This document shows positions 52,795 to 64,000 of a stretch of 64,000 nucleotides of DNA, one piece after another. Source of the stretch: Antedon mediterranea (lineage: Eukaryota; Animalia; Echinodermata); the NCBI RefSeq assembly GCF_964355755.1, contig NC_092679.1, positions 9,764,201-9,828,200 of the forward strand. The letters are read 5' to 3'. Position 1 is the stretch's first letter; the number at the start of each line of letters is the position of its first letter. The notes under the pieces were generated by a model. That model did not search any database. It saw only the letters and a list, made by a program, of their open reading frames with translations, and was not told the origin of the DNA. Both the position numbers and the translations under genes were made by a program.

Positions 52795-55105
52795 CACACT
52801 CGATTCACCAGGGACAAAAAGTAGTGAGCCCTCTATCGGCAGCCAATCGTTTTTGCACACGAGACAGCGTGGACAATTACCCGGAAGCAACTTTGTTTTG
52901 AAAAGTAAATCTTAGGTTTTTGCAAATTGGCCAATTGGAACTTTTGGTTTTATTTACTAATGAATAATTCATGAAAACCTTTGACAAGGCATCTACGAAC
53001 CACGTGATATTGTTTTTTAATCGACGAACCCATTATATTTGTGTGAAACAAGGGTGAATTACACCGATGTTTTTTAAACAATTTTAGGCTATTCGAATGT
53101 TAAAATTTCGTCTAATTTGTTGAGGCTGTAATAAAACAACGCAATTTTTTGAGAAGGTGGGTTTTATAGTTTCTGAATATTTGATTTTTCAATAGTAGTT
53201 AATAAAAAAATCTCGTTGGGGTTATTTTTTATTTTTTTTTAATGGCTGCTTAAACATGTGCCTTCTTGGGTATTTCACTATTGAAAATGGAACACATGGT
53301 TGTAGCTAAAATCATTTTTTACGCCATAAGATAAAAAATGTGGTTTTGTAAATTAATAAGGGCAACATATAATATATAGGAAAGCTGTTTTTAATCATAA
53401 AACTCTACAAAGCCTCTTTTTTTTATTTATAAATCAATATAGTCTAGGCCTAGTAGTACAGTAGGAGAGCCAGGCTTTAGCCTATAGTGGGGTAGTGCGT
53501 GCATTATTGGCGCGTGTTCATTGTCGGGCGCGCGTTGTTTATAGGCCTAAGAAAAAAAGTAAAATATACAAATATAATTAAATAATGATTATTATTAATT
53601 GAATGTTGTTTTTTTTTTACAGACCACAGAGGATTGTTCTACATACTTCAATACAAATAGCATTAAATCAACAACAATTTCTTATGAGTCATATTAATTG
53701 CTCTGGCATATAATGTGAAAAAGCACTATTAATACTGTAATAATGGATATCTATAGATGTATTGCCAAAAAGACATTTTATTTTTTAAAAACTTTAACTT
53801 ATCCTAATTTACTTATTTAAAGGTTCAAGTGGCGGTTGGTTGTTGTGCAGTAGTTTAATAAAGTTTAAATGTACATTTCAAATCGGCAAATAAATAATGG
53901 TAATAGGCCTACAGTACTACAGTAAAGAAAATCTTTTCGAAGATTAGGCTTAGTACAAAAGATGTTAGCTAAGTTGATGTAGAAAACTTGTTGTCTGATT
54001 TTTAAGGTGAAATTTGTGATAATATTAAAAGTTAAAATGTTAATTGGTGTGTATTTGTATTTCATTTATTGCTCCATTATTATAATAAAAAGCAGGGAAC
54101 CATGAAATTTCATTTTAGCTCCGATAAAAAGTAAACATTTTCAGCATATACTGTACTTAAATAAATCATATGTTAGTGACAGGTGACATTAACAGATTTA
54201 TTATGAGATTACTAGTAAGCCTACTAGTAGGTTTAGCTCTATTCATAAAAATAATGACATTATATACTGTACATTAATTAATTAGCCTAGCTAGGCCTAA
54301 CTAATTTACTGATTTTTCAGTATTTTACCAAGTCAACCGTTCAGGCATGCAGACAGTCCTCACTTCACACTAATCTTCATAATTTTAAGAAAATGAAAGT
54401 TCAGCACTTTATTTTAAAATTTATAAGCCCATATTATAAGATTCTGCATCATCCACTTAACAAGAACTAAAATCGAGAGCCCAGTGATAGAGCGCATCTT
54501 CCGACGTTCTCGTCGCCTAAGGAAACGAGTATTCCAGCCCTGCCGCGTCTTCCTAGGCCTACGCGCACCGCACTTTCGCTCAAAATACACTATCTTCAAC
54601 TCCTTATAGAATTTGTTTGAAAACAACCCCAAGCTTATATTTGGAAATCTTTGAAAATGCATATAAGACTATATTATAGCGTTTTCAGAATTTCATTTAA
54701 AAATTGCAAATTAATGTTAGCTATTTTAAAAGATTAGTTAGTTTTCACTTTTTTGTTTTCGCCGTATGACTCACTTTGTTTACGTTTACATTTGGCTTAG
54801 ACGTTTATCTTAGAATTCGAATCAATTAATCCATAATCAACTAAAATTGCTATTGTTGTGGTTTTTGTTAAATATAAATGTTCTTAATAAACAGAAATAA
54901 ATCAAACAACAATATAATTTAATATAAATCCGTTAAAAGATAAATTTAGACAGCCTATAAAACACGGAAGTCAGAACTCGCGTCGCTCGAAAATGCTCGG
55001 GAACTTTCTATTTATAGCCAATCGAAAAAGGCTCCGGCTAACTTAAACAATGAAAACGGCTCTCGGAACACTTAATGTCCATTTTCGCTGTTTGACGTGG
55101 ATGTG
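52795..55105. mobile_element. 2311-bp non-autonomous DNA transposon with CACA...TGTG termini (Chapaev/Transib/RAG-like group)
   Basis: TSD ATCT at 52791-52794 and 55106-55109. An empty-site copy is visible at 58291-58320. The imperfect, asymmetric TIRs share CACA, GGACAWWAAGT and GAGCC. Confidence 0.85.
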
Positions 55106-56756
55106 ATCTCTCTCTCTCTCGCTGATCTATCTCTCTCTCTCGCTGATCTATCTCTCTCTTGCTAATCTATCTCTCTCTCGCTGATCTATCTCTCTCGCTG
55201 ATCTATCTCTCTCTCTCTCATCTATCTCTCTCTCTCTCGCTGATCTATCTCTCCCCCGCTAATCTATCTCTCTCTCGCTGATCTATCTCTCTCTCACTGA
55301 TCTATCTCTCTCTCGCTGATCTTTCTCTCTCTCGCTGATCTATCTCTCTCTCTCGCTGATCTATCTCTCTCTCTCGCTGATCTATATCTCTCTCGCTGAT
55401 CTATCTCTCTCGCTGATCTATCTCTCTGTCGCTGACCTATCTCTCTCTCGCTGATCTTTCTCTCTCTCGCTGATCTATCTCTCTCTCTCTCGCTGATCTA
55501 TCTCTCTCTCTCGCTGATCTATCTCTCTCGCTGATCTATCTCTCTCTCGCTGATCTATCTCTCTCTCGCTGATCTATCTCTCTCTCGCTGATCTATCTCT
55601 CCCTCTCGCTGATCTATCTCTCTCTCGCTGATCTATCTCTCTCTCGCTGATCTATCTCTCTCTCTCTCGCTGATCTATCTCTCTCTCTCTCTCTCTCTCG
55701 CTGATCTATCTCTCTCTCTCTCGCTGATCTATCTCTCTCTCACTGATCTATCTATCTCTCTCGCTGATCTATCTCTTTCTCGCTGATCTATCTCTCTCTC
55801 TCGCTGATCTATCTCTCTCTCGCAGATCTATCTCTCTCGCTAATCTATCTCGCTCTCGCTGATCTATCTCTCTCTCTCGCTGATCTATCTCTCTCTTGCT
55901 GATCTATCTCTCTCTCTCTCTCGCTGATCTATCTATCTCTCTCTCGCTGATCTATTTCTCTCTCTCGCTAATCTATCTCTCTCTCGCTTATCTATCTCTC
56001 TCTCTCTCTCTCGCTGATCTATCTATCTCTCTCTCGCTGATCTATCTCTCTCTCTCGCTAATCTATCTCTCTCTCGCTTATCTATCTCTCTCTCTCTCTC
56101 TCTCTGATCTATCTCTCTCTCTCTCGCTGATCTATCTCTCTCTTGCTAATCTATCTCTCTCTCGCTGATCTATCTCTCTCTCGCTGATCTATCTCTCTCT
56201 CTCTGATCTATCTCTCTCTCGCTGATCTATATCTCTCTCGCTGATCTATCTCTCCCTCTCGCTGATCTATTTTCTCTCTCGCTGATCTATCTCTCTTTCT
56301 CTCTCTCGCTGATCTATCTCTCTCTCTCTCTCTCGCTGATCTATCTCTCTCTCGCTGATCTATCTATCTCTCTCGCTGATCTATCTCTTTCTCGCTGATC
56401 TATCTCTCTCTCTCTCGCTGATCTTTCTCTCTCTCGCTGATCTATCTCTCTCTCTCTCGCTGATCGATCTCTCTCTCTCGCTGATCTATATCTTTCTCGC
56501 TGATCTATCTCTCTCGCTGATCTATCTCTCTGTCGCTGACCTATCTCTCTCTCGCTGATCTTTCTCTCTCTCGCTGATCTATCTCTCTCTCTCGCTGATC
56601 TATCTCTCTCGCTGATCTATCTCTCTCTCGCTGATCTATCTCTCTCTCGCTGATCTATCTCTCTCTCGCTGATCTATCTCTCCCTCTCGCTGATCTATCT
56701 CTCTCTCGCTGATCTATCTCTCTCTCGCTGATCTATCTCTCTCTCTCGCTGATCTA

Positions 56757-56787
<31 letters not shown>

Positions 56788-58870
56788 TCTATCTCTCTCT
56801 CTCTCGCTGATCTATCTCTCTCTCTCGCTGATCTATCTATCTATCTCTCTCGCTGATCTATCTCTTTCTCGCTGATCTATCTCTCTCTCTCGCTGATCTA
56901 TCTCTCTCTCGCTGATCTATCTCTTTCGCTAATCTATCTCGCTCTCGCTGATCTATCTCTCTCTCTCTCGCTGATCTATCTCTCTCTTGCTGATCTATCT
57001 CTCTCTCTCTCGCTGATCTATCTATCTCTCTCTCGCTGATCTATCTATCTCTCTCTCGCTGATCTATCTCTCTTGCTGATCTATCTCTCTCTCGCTGATC
57101 TATCTCTCTCGCTGATCTATCTCTCTCTCGCTGATCTATCTCTCTCTTGCTAATCTATCTCTCTCTCGCTGATCTATCTCTCTCTCGCTGATCTATCTCT
57201 CTCTCTCTGATCTATCTCTCTCTCTCTCGCTGATCTATCTCTCTCTCGCTAATCTATCTCTCTCTCGCTGATCTATCTCTCTCTCACTTATCTATCTCTC
57301 TCTCGCTGATCTTTCTCTCTCTCGCTGATCTATCTCTCTCTCGCTGATCTATCTCTCTCTCGCTGATTTATATCTCTCTCGCTGATCTATCTCTCTCTCG
57401 CTGATCTATATCTCTCTCGCTGATCTATCTCTCCCTCTCGCTGATCTATCTCTCTCTCGCTGATCTATCTCTCTCGCTGATCTATCTCTCTCTCGCTGGT
57501 CTATCTCTCTCTCGCTGATCTATCTCTCTCTCGCTGATCTATCTCTCTCTCGCTGATCTATCTCTCCCTCTCGCTGATCTATCTCTCTCTCGCTGATCTA
57601 TCTCTCTCTCGCTGATCTATCTCTCCCTCTCGCTGATCTATCTCTCTCTCGCTGATCTATTTCTCTCTCGCTGATCTATCTCTCTCTCGCTGATCTATAT
57701 CTCTCTCGCTGATCTATCTCTCCCTCTCGCTGATCTATCTCTCTCTCGCTGATCTATCTCTCTCTCGCTGATCTATCTCTCTCTCTCTCTCTCGCTGATC
57801 TATCTCTCTCTCTCTCTCTCTCGCTGATCTATCTCTCTCTCGCTTATCTATCTATCTCTCTCGCTGATCTATCTCTTTCTCGCTGATCTATCTCTCTCTC
57901 TCTCTCTCGCTGATCTATCTCTCTCTCGCTGATCTATCTCTCTCTCGCTGATCTATCTCTCTCTCGCTAATCTATCTCGCTCTCGCTGATCTATCTCTCT
58001 CTCTCGCTGATCTATCTCTCTCTTGCTGATCTATCTCTCTCTCTCGCTTATCTATCTATCTCTCGCTGATCTATCTCTCTCTCGCTGATCTATATCTCTC
58101 TCGCTGATCTATCTCTCTCTCGCTGATCTATCTATATCTCTCTCGCTGATCTATCTCTCTATCGCTGATCTATCTCTCTCGCTGATCTCTCTCTCTCTCG
58201 CTGATCTATCTCTCTCTCGCTGATCTATCTCTCTCTTGCTAATCTATCTCTCTCTCGCTGATCTATCTATCTCTCGCTGATCTATCTCTCTATCTGATCT
58301 ATCTCTCTCTCTCTCGCTGATCTATCTCTCTCTCGCTGATCTATCTCTCTCTTGCTAATCTATCTCTCTCTCGCTGATCTATCTCTCTCGCTGATCTATC
58401 TCTCTCTCTCTCATCTATCTCTCTCTCTCTCGCTGATCTATCTCTCCCCCGCTAATCTATCTCTCTCTCGCTGATCTATCTCTCTCTCACTGATCTATCT
58501 CTCTCTCGCTGATCTTTCTCTCTCTCGCTGATCTATCTCTCTCTCTCGCTGATCTATCTCTCTCTCTCGCTGATCTATATCTCTCTCGCTGATCTATCTC
58601 TCTCGCTGATCTATCTCTCTGTCGCTGACCTATCTCTCTCTCGCTGATCTTTCTCTCTCTCGCTGATCTATCTCTCTCTCTCTCGCTGATCTATCTCTCT
58701 CTCTCGCTGATCTATCTCTCTCGCTGATCTATCTCTCTCTCGCTGATCTATCTCTCTCTCGCTGATCTATCTCTCTCTCGCTGATCTATCTCTCCCTCTC
58801 GCTGATCTATCTCTCTCTCGCTGATCTATCTCTCTCTCGCTGATCTATCTCTCTCTCTCTCGCTGATCTA

Positions 58871-58901
<31 letters not shown>

Positions 58902-60124
58902 TCTATCTCTCTCTCTCTCGCTGATCTATCTCTCTCTCACTGATCTATCTATCTCTCTCGCTGATCTATCTCTTTCTCGCTGATCTATCTCTCTCTCTCG
59001 CTGATCTATCTCTCTCTCGCAGATCTATCTCTCTCGCTAATCTATCTCGCTCTCGCTGATCTATCTCTCTCTCTCGCTGATCTATCTCTCTCTTGCTGAT
59101 CTATCTCTCTCTCTCTCTCGCTGATCTATCTATCTCTCTCTCGCTGATCTATTTCTCTCTCGCTGATCTATCTCTCTCTCGCTGATCTATCTCTCTCTCG
59201 CTGATCTATCTCTCTCTTGCTAATCTATCTCTCTCTCGCTGATCTATCTCTCTCTCGCTGATCTATCTCTCTCTCTCTGATCTATCTCTCTCTCTCTCGC
59301 TGATCTATCTCTCTCTCGCTAATCTATCTCTCTCTCGCTGATCTATCTCTCTCTCACTGATCTATCTATCTCTCGCTGATCTTTCTCTCTCTCGCTGATC
59401 TATCTCTCTCTCGCTGATCTATCTCTCTCTCGCTGATTTATATCTCTCTCGCTGATCTATCTCTCTCTCGCTGATCTATATCTCTCTCGCTGATCTATCT
59501 CTCCCTCTTGCTGATCTATCTCTCTCTCGCTGATCTATCTCTCTCGCTGATCTATCTCTCTATCTCGCTGATCTATCTCTCTCTCGCTGATCAATCTCTC
59601 TCTCGCTGATCTATCTCTCCATCTCGCTGATCTATCTCTCTCTCTCTCGCTGATCTATCTCTCTCTCGCTGATCTATCTCTCCCTCTCGCTGATCTATCT
59701 CTCTCTCGCTGATCTATTTCTCTCTCGCTGATCTATCTCTCTCTCGCTGATCTATATCTCTCTCGCTGATCTATCTCTCCCTCTCGCTGATCTATCTCTC
59801 TCTCGCTGATCTATCTCTCTCTCTCTCTCTCTCGCTGATCTATCTCTCTCTCTCTCTCGCTGATCTATCTCTCTCTCGCTGATCTATCTATCTCTCTCGC
59901 TGATCTATCTCTTTTTCGCTGATCTATCTCTCTCTCTCTCGCTGATCTTTCTCTCTCTCGCTGATCTATCTCTCTCTCTCTCGCTGATCGATCTCCCTCT
60001 CTCGCTGATCTATATCTCTCTCGCTGATCTATCCCTCTCGCTGATCTATCTCTCTGTCGCTGACCTATCTCTCTCTCGCTGATCTATCTCTCTCTCGCTG
60101 ATCTATCACTCTCTCTCTCGCTGA

Positions 60125-60169
<45 letters not shown>

Positions 60170-61393
60170 TCTATCTCTCTCTCTCTCGCTGATCTATCTC
60201 TCTCTCGCTGATCTATCTATCTCTCTCGCTGATCTATCTCTTTTTCGCTGATCTGTCTCTCTCTCTCGCTGATCTATCTATCTCTCTCGCTGATCTATCT
60301 CTTTCTCGCTGATCTATCTCTCTCTCTCGCTGATCTATCTCTCTCTCGCTGATCTATCTCTTTCGCTAATCTATCTCGCTCTCGCTGATCTATCTCTCTC
60401 TCTCTCTCGCTGATCTATCTCTCTCTTGCTGATCTATCTCTCTCTTTCTCGCTGATCTATCTATCTCTCTCTCGCTGATCTATCTATCTCTCTCTCGCTG
60501 ATCTATCTCTCTTGCTGATCTATCTCTCTCTCGCTGATCTATCTCTCTCTCGCTGATCTATCTCTCTCTCGCTGATCTATCTCTCTCTCGCTGATCTATC
60601 TCTCTTTTGCTAATCTATCTCTCTCTCGCTGATCTATCTCTCTCTCGCTGATCTATCTCTCTCTCTCTGATCTATCTCTCTCGCTGATCTATATCTCTCT
60701 CGCTGATCTATCTCTCCCTCTCGCTGATCTATCTCCCTCTCGCTGATCTATCTCTCTCTCTCTCTCTCTCTCGCTGATCTATCTCTCTCTCTCTCTCTCG
60801 CTGATCTATCTCTCTCTCGCTGATCTATCTATCTCTATCGCTGATCTATCTCTTTCTCGCTGATCTATCTCTCTCTCGCTGATCTTTCTCTCTCTCGCTG
60901 ATCTATCTCTCTCTCTCTCGCTGATCGATCTCTCTCTCTCTCTCTCTCGCTGATCTATCTCTCTCTCTCTCTCGCTGATCTATCTCTCTCTCGCTGATCT
61001 ATCTATCTCTCTCGCTGATCTATCTCTTTCTCGCTGATCTATCTCTCTCTCTCTCGCTGATCTTTCTCTCTCTCGCTGATCTATCTCTCTCTCTCTCGCT
61101 GATCGATCTCCCTCTCTCGCTGATCTATATCTCTCTCGCTGATCTATCCCTCTCGCTGATCTATCTCTCTGTCGCTGACCTATCTCTCTCTCGCTGATCT
61201 TTCTCTCTCTCGCTGATCTATCTCTCTCTCTCACTGATCTATCTCTCTCGCTGATCTATCTCTCTCTCGCTGATCTAACTCTCTCTCGCTGATCTATCTC
61301 TCTCTCGCTGATCTATCTCTCCCTCTCGCTGATCTATCTCTCTCTCGCTGATCTATCTCTCTCTCGCTAATCTATCACTCTCTCTCTCGCTGA

Positions 61394-61434
<41 letters not shown>

Positions 61435-64000
61435 TCTATCTCTCTCTCTCTCGCTGATCTATCTCTCTCTCGCTGATCTATCTATCTCTCTCGCTGATCT
61501 ATCTCTTTCTTGCTGATCTATCTCTCTCTCTCGCTGATCTATCTCTCTCTCGCTGATCTATCTCTTTCGCTAATCTATCTCGCTCTCGCTGATCTATCTC
61601 TCTCTCTCTCGCTGATCTATCTCTCTCTTGCTGATCTATCTCTCTCTCTCTCGCTGATCTATCTATCTCTCTCTCGCTGATCTATCTATCTCTCTCTCGC
61701 TGATCTATCTCTCTTGCTGATCTATCTCTCTCTCGTTGATCTATCTCTCTCTCGCTGATCTATCTCTCTCTCGCTGATCTATCTCTCTCTTGCTAATCTA
61801 TCTCTCTCTCGCTGATCTATCTCTCTCTCGCTGATCTATCTCTCTCTCTCTGATCTATCTCTCTCTCGCTGATCTATATCTCTCTCGCTGATCTATCTCT
61901 CCCTCTCGCTGATCTATCTCCCTCTCGCTGATCTATCTCTCTCTCTCTCTCTCTCGCTGATCTATCTCTCTCTCTCTCTCTCGCTGATCTATCTCTCTCT
62001 CGCTGATCTATCTATCTCTATCGCTGATCTATCTCTTTCTCGCTGATCTATCTCTCTCTCTCGCTGATCTTTCTCTCTCTCGCTGATCTATCTCTCTCTC
62101 TCTCGCTGATCGATCTCTCTCTCTCGCTGATCTATATCTCTCTCGCTGATCTATCTCTCTCGCTGATCTATCTCTCTGTCGCTGACCTATCTCTCTCTCG
62201 CTGATCTTTCTCTCTCTCGCTGATCTATCTCTCTCTTTCGCTGATCTATCTCTTTCGCTGATCTATCTCTCTCTCGCTGATCTATCTCTCTCTCGCTGAT
62301 CTATCTCTCTCTCGCTGATCTATCTCTCCCTCTCGCTGATCTATCTCTCTCTCGCTGATCTATCTCTCTCTCGCTGATCTATCTCTCTCTCTCGCTGATC
62401 TATCTCTCTCTCGCTGATCTATCTCTCTCTCTCGCTGATCTATCTCTCTCTCTCTCTCTCTCGCTGATCTATCTCTCTCTCTCTCGCTGATCTATCTCTC
62501 TCTCGCTGATCTATCTATCTCTCTCGCTGATCTATCTCTTTCTCGCTGATCTATCTCTCTCTCTCGCTGATCTATCTCTTTCGCTAATCTATCTCGCTCT
62601 CGCTGATCTATCTCTCTCTCTCTCGCTGATCTTTCTCTCTCTTGCTGATCTATCTCTCTCTCTCTCGCTGATCTATCTATCTCTCTCTCGCTGATCTATC
62701 TATCTCTCTCTCGCTGATCTATCTCTCTTGCTGATCTATCTCTCTCTCGCTGATCTATCTCTCTCTCGCTGATCTATCTCTCTCTCGCTGATCTATCTCT
62801 CTCTTGCTAATCTTTCTCAGCTCTCTCTCGCTGATCTATCTCTCTCTCGCTGATCTATCTCTCTCTCTCTGATCTATCTCTCTCTCTCTCGCTGATCTAT
62901 CTCTCTCTCGCTAATCTATCTCTCTCTCGCTGATCTATCTCTCTCTCACTGATCTATCTCTCTCTCGCTGATCTTTCTCTCTCTCGCTGATCTATTTCTC
63001 TCTCGCTGATCTATCTCTCTCTCGCTGATTTATATCTCTCTCGCTGATCTATCTCTCTCTCGCTGAGCTATATCTCTCTCGCTGATCTATCTCTCCCTCT
63101 CGCTGATCTATCTCTCTCTCGCTGATCTATCTCTATCGCTGATCTATCTCTCTCTTTCTCGCTGATCTATCTCTCTCTCGCTGGTCTATCTCCCTCTCGC
63201 TGATCTATCTCTCTCTCGCTGATCTATCTCTCTCTAGCTGATTTATCTCTCCCTCTTGCTGATCTATCTCTCTCTCGCTGATCTATCTCTCTCTCGCTGA
63301 TCTATCTCTCCCTCTCGCTGATCTATCTCTCTCTCGCTGATCTATTTCTCTCTCGCTGATCTATCTCTCTCTCGCTGATCTATATCTCTCTCGCTGATCT
63401 ATCTCTCCCTCTCGCTGATCTATCTCTCTCTCGCTGATCTATCTCTCTCTCTCTCTCGCTGATCTATCTCTCTCTCTCTCTCGCTGATCTATCTCTCTCT
63501 CGCTGATCTATCTATCTCTCTCGCTGATCTATCTCTTTCTCGCTGATCTATCTCTCTCTCTCTCGCTGATCGATCTCTCTCTCTCTCTCGCTGATCGATC
63601 TCTCTCTCTCGCTGATCTATATCTCTCTCGCTGATCTATCTCTCTCGCTGATCTATCTCTCTGTCGCTGACCTATCTCTCTCTCGCTGATCTTTCTCTCT
63701 CTCGCTGATCTATCTCTCTCTCTCGCTGATCTATCTCTCTCGCTGATCTATCTCTCTCTCGCTGATCTATCTCTCTCTCGCTGATCTATCTCTCTCTCGC
63801 TGATCTATCTCTCCCTCTCGCTGATCTATCTCTTTCTCGCTGATCTATCTCTCTCTCGCTGATCTATCACTCTCTCTCTCGCTGATCTATCTCTCTCTCT
63901 CTCTCTCTCTCTTGCTGATCTATCTCTCCCTCTCTCGCTGATCTATCTCTCTCTCGCTGATCTATCTATCTCTCTCGCTGATCTATCTCTTTCTCGCTGA
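55106..64000. repeat. 19-bp pyrimidine-rich satellite array (runs off the window edge)
   Basis: Continuous CGCTGATCTA(TC)n units. Confidence 0.98.

Noticed and set aside
54414-54662. 82-aa ORF as a RAG2-like kelch fragment (GARR...W)
   Set aside because: The resemblance is only a few residues and cannot be supported without a profile search.
37913-61234. RERDRSA / LSLSLADL repeat ORFs
   Set aside because: Translations of the 19-bp satellite.

Overview
This is eukaryotic, AT-rich, satellite-dominated DNA with no host gene, consistent with heterochromatin. The animal is probably an invertebrate; an echinoderm or other deuterostome is inferred only from a Deu-like SINE and TAGGCCTA-rich tracts. 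Three satellites follow one another: an 88-bp family (1-11369), a ~261-bp tRNA-derived family (11366-34647) and a 19-bp pyrimidine-rich family (37457-64000). Each is interrupted by transposons. The 88-bp array holds a 6.7-kb TIR element with a decayed USP-like frame, a nested SINE and a nested Helitron. The 261-bp array holds a CR1/Crack-like LINE with an L1-type ORF1 and a triplicated 1-kb insert carrying tRNA-Val copies. The 19-bp array holds an L2-clade LINE and a 2.3-kb CAC...GTG element. The best novelty candidates are: (1) the CAC...GTG element, whose left end reads like a V(D)J 12-RSS; (2) the L2 ORF1, which fuses an RNase H1 hybrid-binding domain to an SGNH esterase; (3) the 261-bp monomer, which looks like a full Pol III cassette (TATA, A box, B box, T-run); and (4) an adjacent tRNA-headed structured RNA gene. 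All calls were made by eye; no database searches were run.
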